From Botryllus schlosseri (lineage: Eukaryota), in NCBI GenBank assembly GCA_051294905.1, contig CM119378.1:9424001-9488000 (forward strand): a stretch of 64,000 bases of DNA, written 5' to 3'. The notes under the pieces are model-generated. The model was not told the origin of the DNA. It did no database searches and was given only the letters and a program-made list of their open reading frames with translations. The translations under genes and the position numbers were made by a program. Shown here one piece after another: positions 8,638-18,944 of this stretch; the stretch's first letter is position 1; each line of letters begins with the position of its first letter.

Positions 8638-10329
8638 TCAAGCTCTATACACCTTTATCTTTTCCAGTATTGTTTCACCACAAATGTTGCATCTTTCGGT
8701 ATTTGTTGCACATTTTTCACAACTACATAAATGTCCACAAGGTATGAAAGTAATTTCACTTTTGTTTCTCTTGCAATTTTTGCAAAGCACAACCTCTTGT
8801 ATTTCTTTCAAACTTTGCGCGATCTCATCCACCGACATTGTTTCTGCAACTGCTGCTTCTTTCGTTTCTTTGTTGTTGTTTACTTCGTGATTATTTTCAG
8901 ATATACTATCGCCTTGTTGTGTTGTTTTCGTTGGACTGGCGGTAATTGTATTTACTGTCTCTAGTAAATCCTGAATTATATCACCAGTAGAGAAAGGATC
9001 ATTAATCTGTCTATTTATAGTTCCTTCTATTTGATCTCTCGTAAATCCCATGTCTTCCAGTTGCATCCTGTTTATGTATTGTCTAGATAACCTTGGTCGA
9101 TTATGGTTCCTTCGTATCTCCTCTCGTGGTGCATCAAGACATATTGCATTCCTTATCGATGGTCGATTGAGATTGGGATGTTCATCTCTTAGTCGTAAAA
9201 CGAAATCAATACCTTTCATTTGCAAAACATATTCACAACCAGGAAACCACTTTGCATGTTCTGTCCACGGCTCATCATTGTAGTTCCAGTTTTGTAATCC
9301 TCCATTGCAGTAAAAGCATTTCGCCCTGTCCGAATCCCCTAAATAATACATACCCGCTTTAGCCAATTGTTCCGTTGTTGCGAGGATCCTGGGCCATTTT
9401 TCATTAAACGAAGATATTCTTTGCTGTAACGATGTCATATGCAAATTTATCGGGTAAAGGCAAGGGAATCTTTCCACCAACTGGAGTTGTTCTTCTGGCG
9501 ATGGATCCGGAGGTTCTCCCCTATTAGTAGTTAACCTTTCAATTTTTATTTTAAGTTCATTATCTGCCTGATTTCTCTCGGAGTCTGTCAAGGGCATATT
9601 TCCTGCATACTCGTTATTTGCCATTTTGCATTTTGTAAAATGTCTTTTATGTTGTTCAAGGACATTATCAGTGGGTGCCCAATTTCTCAGTACTCCTGAG
9701 CATGAAAAACATTGCGCTCTGTCAAGGTTTCCCAGGTAAAAAAATCCCTGTTTTGCCAATTCCCCTACCAAGTATGGAGTAGGATAGGAAGGCCATTTGT
9801 CAAAGGTTCTTCTTCTCTCTAGTTCACTCCTCAAATTTGCTGATCGCAATGAAGTCTCATGTTCTTGGTCACAAATGTTCGCAAACACGGTTTGTGGTAA
9901 GGGACATTTTTCCTCTTTGATAGTCGGTCTTTGCACATTCCGATTAGTTTGCTGACTTCTTGTAGTAAGGTTAAGGTGGCACCTCATTTGTTCAAAAAGG
10001 AGCCTCCTTAAGTAATTTGAAATAGGCAAGTTATAACCATGTTGTATGGTCACCATGTCACAAGTAGATTTATGCCACTTGTCATCAAAAGGATCATCTC
10101 CAGTGACCCATTTTTCCACAGATACGCCACAGCAGTAACATCTTACTCTATCTTGAAATCCTGTCCAATAGAAACCAGCAGCGGCTAGATAGCTCGGTAT
10201 CACAGGAGTTTCTTTCGAAAAATGTTTGAACGTTGCAAGTCTGTAATACTCAACCCGGTGATCTCCAGGTGGAATATAAACGCAATTATGTCCAGGAGGA
10301 TCACGATCTCTTTTCATCAGAATGCCCAT
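8638..10329 (-). CDS. iap: Inhibitor of apoptosis protein (3 BIR, UBA-like segment, RING), 563 aa, intronless
   Basis: Three BIR repeats (LAAAGFY...C..C...W...D...H...C pattern), LEDMGF UBA-like segment, C-terminal RING CKNC...PCGHLCSCEKC...CNIC ending IKVYRA. Confidence 0.96.
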   Translation of the reverse strand: MGILMKRDRDPPGHNCVYIPPGDHRVEYYRLATFKHFSKETPVIPSYLAAAGFYWTGFQDRVRCYCCGVSVEKWVTGDDPFDDKWHKSTCDMVTIQHGYNLPISNYLRRLLFEQMRCHLNLTTRSQQTNRNVQRPTIKEEKCPLPQTVFANICDQEHETSLRSANLRSELERRRTFDKWPSYPTPYLVGELAKQGFFYLGNLDRAQCFSCSGVLRNWAPTDNVLEQHKRHFTKCKMANNEYAGNMPLTDSERNQADNELKIKIERLTTNRGEPPDPSPEEQLQLVERFPCLYPINLHMTSLQQRISSFNEKWPRILATTEQLAKAGMYYLGDSDRAKCFYCNGGLQNWNYNDEPWTEHAKWFPGCEYVLQMKGIDFVLRLRDEHPNLNRPSIRNAICLDAPREEIRRNHNRPRLSRQYINRMQLEDMGFTRDQIEGTINRQINDPFSTGDIIQDLLETVNTITASPTKTTQQGDSISENNHEVNNNKETKEAAVAETMSVDEIAQSLKEIQEVVLCKNCKRNKSEITFIPCGHLCSCEKCATNTERCNICGETILEKIKVYRA

Positions 10330-10569
10330 AGTTTCAATTCGGTCATTTCTCGGTGTAATTGCTTTCGATGGAACAGGCGTTCAATAATACAGATCAAAAT
10401 GTCTAAATATAACCATACCAATCCAACATTCTAGTAATAATACATAAACATTCTGTTAAAAAAAAATATCATTATATAAGATTTCTCGAGGTTCCAAATT
10501 AGCATTGGTTCGATAAATTCCATGGATTGGGTGTAAAGTCATTATTTAATTGTCAATATGTGACAACAG

Positions 10570-11229
10570 TTAATGGAGATGTATGTCCAAAATATAGGAA
10601 TTTTCCAGATATTGATTCATTGACTGGGCTTTCTTATCTACTTTCTTCGAGTATATGTATATATATGCATCCATAACGGAGGTATCAGAACTCAACGACA
10701 TATAACCTTTTACTCCTAGGTTGGTTTGGCTGTGCCAAGTCCATTTGCAATTCGCATCTGTAACATAAGCCAGACTATTTGCACATACTAACAATCTTGT
10801 ATGGCCCATTATTACTCCTCGTATCACTTCATATATTACTCGTCTCATACATAGGGGAGGTATTCTTCGGACAACTCCCATCAAAGTTTCCGTAATTATA
10901 GTCCATGTGTCGTCATCGGGTCGTATTGTCTGTTTACTCCATACTATGAGTCGTTGTCGTGAGGAATCTTTCACAATGGCAGAATCCTGGGAGTCGTCAG
11001 AGTCCGTATTACTAGAAATTTCGTCCTCCGGCGTTTCTCCATGGGGTTTCCTGTCGCCACATGGAAGTTGTCTTTTGTACCAATTATGTTCTTGTTCAAA
11101 AAAGTTTTTCAACATATCCATCAGCAACTTTAGACATCCAGTATTTTTTCGCACGTCGATTTTATCTAGTTGATTTATTAATTTACAAAAAATAGCAGTA
11201 TTATGATCCTGTACTTCAGATAGATACAT
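10570..11229 (-). CDS. Accessory protein, family B (219 aa)
   Basis: YEVIRGVIM...WHSQTNLGVKGYMS shared with 14247-14813. Confidence 0.8.
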   Translation of the reverse strand: MYLSEVQDHNTAIFCKLINQLDKIDVRKNTGCLKLLMDMLKNFFEQEHNWYKRQLPCGDRKPHGETPEDEISSNTDSDDSQDSAIVKDSSRQRLIVWSKQTIRPDDDTWTIITETLMGVVRRIPPLCMRRVIYEVIRGVIMGHTRLLVCANSLAYVTDANCKWTWHSQTNLGVKGYMSLSSDTSVMDAYIYIYSKKVDKKAQSMNQYLENSYILDIHLH

Positions 11230-11482
11230 TTTATCCCTGCGAATATAACAATAATGTGCAATAACAATAAAAGATCCTGATTCAAGATTTCAATGCATCA
11301 AATCTCGATATTAGATATCATATAACATACATGTAATACATTCACTCACTATGACACAACAATAATAGAAACATTTCATAGGTTTTCTAAACATGTAGAT
11401 TATCATACATGCCTCTATTGCTTCCCTAAAGATTCAAATCTCTCATCTCTAATGATATTGCACATAGTGACCAACATTGTTT

Positions 11483-12430
11483 TCAATGTTCCAGTGTCCT
11501 AAAATTAGGATCAAGAGCAATTATCTCTAAAAATAGTTGAAACCTTTCCTCCAAGGCCACCCTTCTTTTCCAGAGCCACTCCTGTAAGTAATGAGGAATA
11601 AGTGATCTTGATACCCCATTCAGCCTTCTAATAGCAGCTTTAAAAAAATTCCAAGACACCTCGATCAATTGTGTATTTATGCCTTCTGTAGTGACAAATT
11701 CGCGATCATGATTAACTACTGAATGTTTATAATTCATTCCCAGGCTTTCCAACTTGCGGTAACTGGCAAATGAATCAGTCCATATAGTGGATCCCTCTTT
11801 TACGTGTTTCATAATTATTTCTGATAATACAGAGGTTTTTCTCCCTTCTTCAGGTACCAATTCTGCAAACATTTCTCGCGTTTTCATATCTATTCCAGCC
11901 AAAACCCAGCGTTGGCGTATTATTCTTCCACGATTAAATTTTCTTTTGGCCACAAACGTCTCATCAATTTGAATTACATGTGATTTACCTTGTGATATTC
12001 CCCCTATTAGGGTACCTCTTCTTTCCATTTCCACAGAGCATATCTTACGAAGTTTCTTGGTCCAATTCACCATTGTTCTCTTGCTGACGTGTGCTTCAAA
12101 AGCTATTTGTCGTTGAGATACATCTATGGTCCAAAGATAAATCATCATTACAAGTTGGGTGAGTCTTATTTTACTTCCTTCAAATAGTGATCCTTTCCTT
12201 ATGGACGTGGTAGTCCTGCACTTTGAAACCGGACACCTCCATCTATATCCATCCATAGTTCTTTTGCATTTTTCTTCATTCATTTGTTGTCCACAATTAA
12301 AACATGTTGCCTTTTGAACAAGGAGTTGCCGTGATCGCAGAAACTTTATACATTTTCGTTCACTTGATATTATACCACATCGAGCAAGATTGAATAGATT
12401 TTTTCTTTTTCTGGATTCTTTAGTCTTCAT
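11483..12430 (-). CDS. IS1595/ISXO2-like (Merlin-type) DDE transposase, 315 aa
   Basis: N-terminal Zn ribbon (CFNC...WRCPVSKC), HTH-like region, catalytic QIDET / WTDSFASY / TQLIEVSW, C-terminal YLQEWLWKR. No TIRs seen. Confidence 0.9.
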   Translation of the reverse strand: MKTKESRKRKNLFNLARCGIISSERKCIKFLRSRQLLVQKATCFNCGQQMNEEKCKRTMDGYRWRCPVSKCRTTTSIRKGSLFEGSKIRLTQLVMMIYLWTIDVSQRQIAFEAHVSKRTMVNWTKKLRKICSVEMERRGTLIGGISQGKSHVIQIDETFVAKRKFNRGRIIRQRWVLAGIDMKTREMFAELVPEEGRKTSVLSEIIMKHVKEGSTIWTDSFASYRKLESLGMNYKHSVVNHDREFVTTEGINTQLIEVSWNFFKAAIRRLNGVSRSLIPHYLQEWLWKRRVALEERFQLFLEIIALDPNFRTLEH

Positions 12431-12499
12431 ATTTATTTAAAACTTTATTGTCTTTTCAAAAGTAGTTTTCTGTATATACAAACATTGGAAAGTTAAATT

Positions 12500-13006
12500 T
12501 CATGCAGGCACTTTCAAAGTCATAAATTGACAATCGGCTTCTTTTAATGATATTCCCTGCGTCTTTGCCCATGCGTAGATCTGAACTTCCGGAAAGATTA
12601 TCCACATTATGAGATCTCTTTCAGAATCTCCCCTTTTTATAAATTCCCTCATTTCAGGATTTACCCTTTTCAAAATTGTTACCCAGTTTATGCAAATTTC
12701 TGCAAAAGCCATTTGTATAGGTTTTTCAGGGTAAATGCTTCCTGTATAAATTTCTTCCCACTCATTTTCAACCAGATGTTTCCCAGGCCAATGATTGTTG
12801 TATGTGGTGACACCATACTTTTGTTTCCAATATAGTAGTCGTGGATTTGATTCGTCATACATTATATCACATAAGTGATCCGTCAATGTATATGTTGTTA
12901 ACAGAAACTTCAGCGACTTTAATCCATTGTCTATTAGTGTTTCTTTTTGGGGTATCCATGTCGTATGTTGTATTTCTGGATCATCACAACGTAATCCCAA
13001 ACACAT
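12500..13006 (-). CDS. Accessory protein, family C (168 aa)
   Basis: MCLGLRCD, NPRLLYWKQ and ERDLIMWIIFPEVQIYAWA are shared with 16238-17098. Confidence 0.8.
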   Translation of the reverse strand: MCLGLRCDDPEIQHTTWIPQKETLIDNGLKSLKFLLTTYTLTDHLCDIMYDESNPRLLYWKQKYGVTTYNNHWPGKHLVENEWEEIYTGSIYPEKPIQMAFAEICINWVTILKRVNPEMREFIKRGDSERDLIMWIIFPEVQIYAWAKTQGISLKEADCQFMTLKVPA

Positions 13007-13110
13007 TTTTATAATTTAAGTAAATCCTTTATACAACATATTTAAATTCAGTTACATAGTACCATATTACAATTATTACACCAATTTTCAATTTATATAC
13101 TTAATCATTT

Positions 13111-14160
13111 TTACATTAGTTTAATAATAACTAGCCAAACAATAACGGTAAATGTACACTTTGAATGTATAGTCACACGATTGGAAAGACTTTTCATTTC
13201 GTCATCATATAGTCTTGATTGTTTACGTACATAGGGTCTTCTGGTAGGTGTTTCATTATTATATCTATTTAATTTTAAAACTTCCAGATCTGGTAATTTT
13301 CTCAATAGGGAGTCATTAAGAAATTGAACATGATTATAACTAAGATCAATTGTATGCAGATATCTGAACGATATGTTGGAGGACAGAGAAAAATATTGCA
13401 AGTTATTATAGTACAACGTTAATCTCTCTAAATTACATAAAGATTCAAGTATTGTCATATCAAATTCCACCAGTTTATTTTCATCCAAGTTCAAAGTTTC
13501 CAGTTTCCTCAGTCCTTTGAACGCCCCTTCTTCTATAGCGCTTATTGCGTTTCTTGATAAGTCTAGTATTCTTAAATGACGTAAATGAATGAATGTTCCA
13601 TTCTTTAGTTTCTTTATGACATTGTTGTCCAAATATAGTCTTTTTAACTTTTCCATGCTTGCAAATTTCGATCCTTCTATTTCCGCCAGCAAATTACTGC
13701 TTAAGTACAAACTTTCCAGTTGGTGTAAGCCTGCAAAGCTTTCTTTTTCAATTCGTGTGATGTAGTTTCGCATCAAATTTATCTCCCTAAGCTTTTCATT
13801 TTTGCAGAAGACCCCTCCTGGTATGGTTTGGATTTTATTCCAACCACAATGCAACACCTCTACGTCTTTATACTTTTCCAATTGTCCTTTGGTTATTTCC
13901 CGTAGGCAGCTGTCGTTGATGAATATCTTTATTGTGTTCCGACAAGATTTTGCCAGGTATATCTTGTCAGGATCCGGAATTCTTGTATAACTCGAATGGT
14001 CACACCAAAGTACCAAATTGCTTCCTTGCATGCATTCCGGGTATAACATGGTTCGTCTTTCATCCATTGTACACTTCTTTTGTTCTATTGTTTCCGGATA
14101 AATAGCATAACACATGCCTAGCCATAATACTAGTAGTTCCACTCGGTTCATTTTACTCAT
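13111..14160 (-). CDS. Signal-peptide-bearing leucine-rich-repeat protein (349 aa) with a hydrophobic C-terminus
   Basis: Signal peptide (VELLVLWLGMCYA), Cys-rich N-cap, about 9 24-aa extracellular-type LRRs (LxxLxLxxNxL), terminal CTFTVIVWLVIIKLM; no TIR domain. Confidence 0.92.
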   Translation of the reverse strand: MSKMNRVELLVLWLGMCYAIYPETIEQKKCTMDERRTMLYPECMQGSNLVLWCDHSSYTRIPDPDKIYLAKSCRNTIKIFINDSCLREITKGQLEKYKDVEVLHCGWNKIQTIPGGVFCKNEKLREINLMRNYITRIEKESFAGLHQLESLYLSSNLLAEIEGSKFASMEKLKRLYLDNNVIKKLKNGTFIHLRHLRILDLSRNAISAIEEGAFKGLRKLETLNLDENKLVEFDMTILESLCNLERLTLYYNNLQYFSLSSNISFRYLHTIDLSYNHVQFLNDSLLRKLPDLEVLKLNRYNNETPTRRPYVRKQSRLYDDEMKSLSNRVTIHSKCTFTVIVWLVIIKLM

Positions 14161-14246
14161 GAATTAGATAACCCACTTTGTTACTCTATACCTTCGAAAA
14201 AGTGTCCTTTGTAAGTCAAAATCTTATTTACAGTCGTTGTCATTAC

Positions 14247-14813
14247 TCATGATTGTTCCGGTATTATAGAGTCAATGTTCACACTTTCCCCTTCGTAGGG
14301 GTAAGGATGTATTTCTATACGTCTTATCCTTTTTGTTCGCCAATGTATTGAACTTGAATAGCCTTTTAGGCCCAAATTATTCTGGCAATTCCATTGTTCC
14401 ATATGTGGCGGATCTTTACAAATTTCTCTCTCCTGGTACACGTCCTTTGTTATATTAGTGTTTGTAAGTTTCATCACAAGTCCTCTAATTAATTCATACA
14501 ACATGACTCTTCTTCCCAAAGAGGTGTATTCCTTTGCTCTTATTTCAAATATCTCTTCTGCCACATGGTTGAATTTATCAAGAATTTCTTCGGTTAATTC
14601 CTCATCTAGGGCTACCTCTTCTAGGCCATCGTCTGTTTGTTTAACCCAATCGGCTTGGTCCGTAAGCAATTCCCATACTTTTTCTTTAAACTGGTATCTC
14701 TCATATTCGCTGTTATATTCTTTAAGATTCAATAGATCCAACTCGTCATATACATCGTACAAATGACACCAATTTGTTGAATCGTAACCTTCAATATAAT
14801 CAAAATCTAGCAT
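14247..14813 (-). CDS. Accessory protein, family B (~188 aa)
   Basis: YELIRGLVM...WNCQNNLGLKGYSS. First in-frame ATG is at 14813; the ORF track start at 14870 is a TTG. Confidence 0.78.
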   Translation of the reverse strand: MLDFDYIEGYDSTNWCHLYDVYDELDLLNLKEYNSEYERYQFKEKVWELLTDQADWVKQTDDGLEEVALDEELTEEILDKFNHVAEEIFEIRAKEYTSLGRRVMLYELIRGLVMKLTNTNITKDVYQEREICKDPPHMEQWNCQNNLGLKGYSSSIHWRTKRIRRIEIHPYPYEGESVNIDSIIPEQS

Positions 14814-15888
14814 TCTTTTTTCAAACAAAATAGCAATTTCGCACAATTTACCGTTTTCAGGATATGACAATTCTCAAGACTCATGTTATTACTTTTACTT
14901 TTCACTCATAACTTATCAAGTATACTCCATTTATTAATTTATTAATCACCCAATACTTATTAGGCAATAAATCTCTCCCCCCCACAAGGGATTTAATTAT
15001 TTTATAATTTTCTATTTTCTGGTTTTTATTTATATAATTTTTTTTTCTCATTAAGATTTTATCTCTTATATAGCTTTTATCATTCGGTATTAGCAATAAT
15101 TTTATCATTTTTATGATCTATAAACACAATCTGACATTTTATTTTTTTGAAGATTTTTTTAGTGGGGAAAATAATACGACATATCAATTTAAACATTATT
15201 AAAAGATAATATTACTCATCATCCTTGCCTTCCCTTCCATAAGAAATGTTTTGACCCGAGTTTCTCTGAATGGCGAAACTAATTTATTCAAGGATCATTT
15301 ATACAAGTATTACACAATTACGTCTCATAGAGACTATTGTAGGAAGGGTGCCATGAGACAAGAATGTGAGCAATTTGCAATATGTTACTTTACTAAACTA
15401 TTACCTAATTAAATATTGGGTAAAAGACTAGAAGCTAAGCTAATTTTTTACGCATCTTATGTATAGTACCATAAAGAATTTACATAATCAGAAAAAATTT
15501 TAATAACAGCAATAACTCAAATAGCAGCAAATTAGTGTGAGGCTCACACAAAGAGATCTTGGCAGAGCGCAAAGCGTGGGCAAAACGGAAAAAATTACGC
15601 TCACGTCATTCTTTATAAAATATAAAATAATTCGATTAGCATAACATATAAGTATGAACACGAGGTGATTTGTGATAGGGTAGGTTGTCTGGGGCCGTTA
15701 CAGACTAAATTTTAACACAAAAATTGCAGCCGAAAATTCATATATAACATTCAATATTATAGAAAACAACACCGTACAATTCTTCATAATTTACAATAAC
15801 AAGTTCTTCTCGAATTTAAAAAAGTTTTTGCAATAAAGATAGGTCGATCTTGCATTCAAGTACTCAAGTTCTCATAGTCCCCGGGATG

Positions 15889-16155
15889 TCATTCTAGGGG
15901 AGGTGATAGCGGGAACAATCCCAGCGATTGATCAATGTATCGGAATCTTTTAGTAAAAAGGGAAACTGTATTAATAACTCTGAGTAAATATATATCGTAA
16001 AATACAGGTATATAGTTTCCACTTTTGCTAATCTCAAGTTTCACTATACCCGGCTTCTATACTTTTTCCGTTAAGTTTGACCTTTTGGTAGTGGTGCCGA
16101 ATTGATAAATTGTCCTAAACCACCACCGGTCAGCCCTAAATAATTCAGTTATCAT
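15889..16155 (-). pseudogene. Possible disrupted accessory gene (89 codons with one internal TAG at 16057-16059)
   Basis: ATAAG-ccATG start resembles the neighbours; MITELFRADRWWFRTIYQFG...EKV*KPGIVKLEISKSGNYIPVF continues in frame. Confidence 0.35.
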
Positions 16156-16237
16156 GGCTTATCTAATAGGCTATCCCTAAAAGTCCAGATCAATCAAGAT
16201 AATTTCTAGATCAAACTAATAGTAGTTTATTTTAAAA

Positions 16238-17098
16238 TCAGCCCATATTACCACTAGAGGCAGCATGTGATCCATCTACACTGGGTCTCCGTAAAACTAC
16301 CATTCGGGTCGGAGCCTCTGGTCTGTTTGGAAACCTACTGTCTCTACTGGTTGAAGATTCAATATCAAACATCAATGTAGTTTCCGAATTGGTGTTTTTG
16401 ACTAATTGTTTGTCTCCCTCTTTTTTTAACGAGCTTTTAAAGGTTGAATCCGACACTTGGTCAATCGGTAGAATAAAAACGCCTCCCAAATAACCAAACG
16501 TGCTCGTGGACCCGTATGTAAATCTCCATTGTTCTAGATTTCCCCCAAATAGGAACTCAAATTCTGCATCCATCCTACATCTCGTAAAACAAACTGTTCG
16601 CATGTTTTTTGCCCCCCGATATTGTTGTAACAGGAGAGCTATGGCGGTTATTATCGCTTCTGGATATAACACATAAAGCACGATATGTCCTTTATCTCTT
16701 TCAGTGTTTTGGTCTAGTCCTTTGTGCATACTACAAGCCTCTTTCAAATAGTCATGGCATAATGTCATGAGTTCAAAAATCTGCCCGGTATTCTTGAAAT
16801 ACGGTTTTACGTGTCTCATAAGGTAACATTGTTTACATTCACCGACCCCTACCGGGTGAAAAGGCTTTCCTATTTTTATCCAGTCCTCCTTGGTGTACAT
16901 ACTTTGTTGCCAATATTGTACCCTTGGATTGTCCCGCTCACAAGTGCCGAACAAGAGGCCCATCAAACGATCCCGAACCGGCGCAGTTTTTATAGTTTCC
17001 ATTACCATCTGCTGCCTTTGCGTAAGATCGAAATGCATTGCCCACTCGTAGACAACCTTGTGATCCGTATTAGGGTCGCACAACAGCCCGTAGCACAT
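16238..17098 (-). CDS. Accessory protein, family C (~286 aa)
   Basis: MCYGLLCD, NPRVQYWQQ, ERDKGHIVLYVLYPEAIITAIA. ATG at 17098; the ORF track start at 17110 is a TTG. Confidence 0.8.
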   Translation of the reverse strand: MCYGLLCDPNTDHKVVYEWAMHFDLTQRQQMVMETIKTAPVRDRLMGLLFGTCERDNPRVQYWQQSMYTKEDWIKIGKPFHPVGVGECKQCYLMRHVKPYFKNTGQIFELMTLCHDYLKEACSMHKGLDQNTERDKGHIVLYVLYPEAIITAIALLLQQYRGAKNMRTVCFTRCRMDAEFEFLFGGNLEQWRFTYGSTSTFGYLGGVFILPIDQVSDSTFKSSLKKEGDKQLVKNTNSETTLMFDIESSTSRDSRFPNRPEAPTRMVVLRRPSVDGSHAASSGNMG

Positions 17099-17283
17099 TT
17101 CTTTCTTCAATTAGTTCCCTATTTATAACTCTTAAATACAGAAGGTTTCCTCTTTTATTCATACAACTCTCAGTAAATTGTTTCATATTGTAAATCAATG
17201 TGAAACAGAAAATATACATTGGTTAAATTTTTAATCATACAACCTTACCAATCATGTGAGTCCAACAATATGCTAGAATTTAT

Positions 17284-17802
17284 CTAACCATCATCAGGAT
17301 ATGATGTTGTAGGTTGAATTTGAGCGGTAGGTGGCTGTTGCCGAAACATGATACTGCCAAAAGATGTATACGTCCCATCTGACATAACATTGCTATTATG
17401 CGGCAAGTCGTGGCTCGTTGAAAGTGGCGTCAGTAAGGACGTCAAGAAAGGACTACTTGTTGATGTTGAGGAGCTGGTCTCTATTTCTTCCCTTCTATTC
17501 TGTTTGTTTGAGGCAGATTTTCTTTGTGAATATGGTTTTACTTTTGCTACCTCTCGATTTTTTACGTGTTTTCTACGATAGTCATTTCGCCATGGCCACT
17601 CTTTAACTTTTTCATTACTTGCTTTCATCCCTTCGAAGAAGGACTCCGCATAATGTCTAGTTTGATTCTTAATGTCCTTGAAAAAATCATTCCATCTTTG
17701 TAATCTCTCTGTCTTTTTAACCCATCGAAGTTCCTCATACCATAGTTCGATATTCTCAATAGATAGCTCCCATAATTGTTCTTTAGTTATTGAGGCAGAC
17801 AT
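17284..17802 (-). CDS. Accessory protein (172 aa): Trp-rich helical N-half, Ser/Thr-rich disordered C-half
   Basis: Intact ATG ORF in the array; KEQLWEL...WVKKTE weakly resembles family B KEKVWELL...WVKQTD. Confidence 0.7.
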   Translation of the reverse strand: MSASITKEQLWELSIENIELWYEELRWVKKTERLQRWNDFFKDIKNQTRHYAESFFEGMKASNEKVKEWPWRNDYRRKHVKNREVAKVKPYSQRKSASNKQNRREEIETSSSTSTSSPFLTSLLTPLSTSHDLPHNSNVMSDGTYTSFGSIMFRQQPPTAQIQPTTSYPDDG

Positions 17803-18944
17803 TCTTTAATTTACGACACCGTGTTATTTTTACACCTTAAAAATAATAATGTTTCTTTAAGTCGAGATTATTGTAAGATATCGTTAATGATATTCAAAAC
17901 ACTGAATCGTGCTAACTCTTTATTAATCTTACTTGGGGTTAATTATTCCTTTACCGGGTGAAGAAAAGTGTTATCTTTGGCCATTTGTCAGCCTATCAAT
18001 TCTTGATTTCCTCAACTCAGGGCCGGCCAATTCGTGGCCCCCGAGGTAATTTCCGAAATTGCCAATATCTAGAATGGATTGCACTGATTGGGAACTTGCA
18101 AGGTCGAGCAAAATTTATATTTGTTTGGATGTGATGACTAAAATATCTATTCCTACGTATTGGCAGATCCATCAGCCAGTCGCATAATGGTATATTTTTA
18201 TACACTACCATCAAGCAGAATAATTTGCACCAGATACATCAAAAACAAAATTTTCACAAGCTAAACACAATATTTTGCCACACGATTCCTTGTTTTTAAT
18301 ACTGTTGCCCATCTTATGACCATGGAAAAACGGCCAATTTATTCAGACTGAGCCTAACTATACTCGCGATTTCGGACCAAGGTGTCGTTGAACATGTGTG
18401 ACCGTGCGGTTGCGTTTGCGGTAATATTGCTGACTATGAAACCTAGATACGGAAAGATTGACGCATGTTGGCTTTTGTTATTACTATGGCCATGCGCCAC
18501 ATAGCCTGGTCCGCGTAAACTCAGCCTAACGGTGTACGGTAAGCCCGCCACAATGCCAAGTTATAATATCATTGTTCTATGAACTTCAAAAGCTTTTCGC
18601 GCTTCGCGCGGTAGTGGCATGCACAGTATTTCGTCAATCGAATGTGACCTTCGGGCTGAAAAAGATTGCCCAGCCTTGACTAATTCAAACTTTTATTTTG
18701 TATCACATACCATCCTAATTGTTCTCTCTCTCTTAACATCTGCTAAATAACCTGTCATTATTCCATGGTTACACAAAAATTCCCTTTTTCAAACGACAAC
18801 ACAGTCGTCCTCAGTATTTAATTGTTTCACTATGAGGCACAGAAAACACAACATCTCTTGTAACAGTCGCAACGTAATTAATGTACATTTACGATTTTGT
18901 TGATCACATCAATTTGTACATTTTGATCACATAGTTTTCCAATT

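Noticed and set aside
11483-12430. Bacterial IS1595 insertion or prokaryotic contamination
   Set aside because: The window has spliceosomal introns, hAT MITEs, LINEs and eukaryote-specific genes. The transposase fits the eukaryotic Merlin group.
14902-15108. 68-aa ORF
   Set aside because: Very AT-rich, Lys/Ile/Asn-biased, with no paralog or motif. Its 3' end overlaps the SL-like relic of the next gene.
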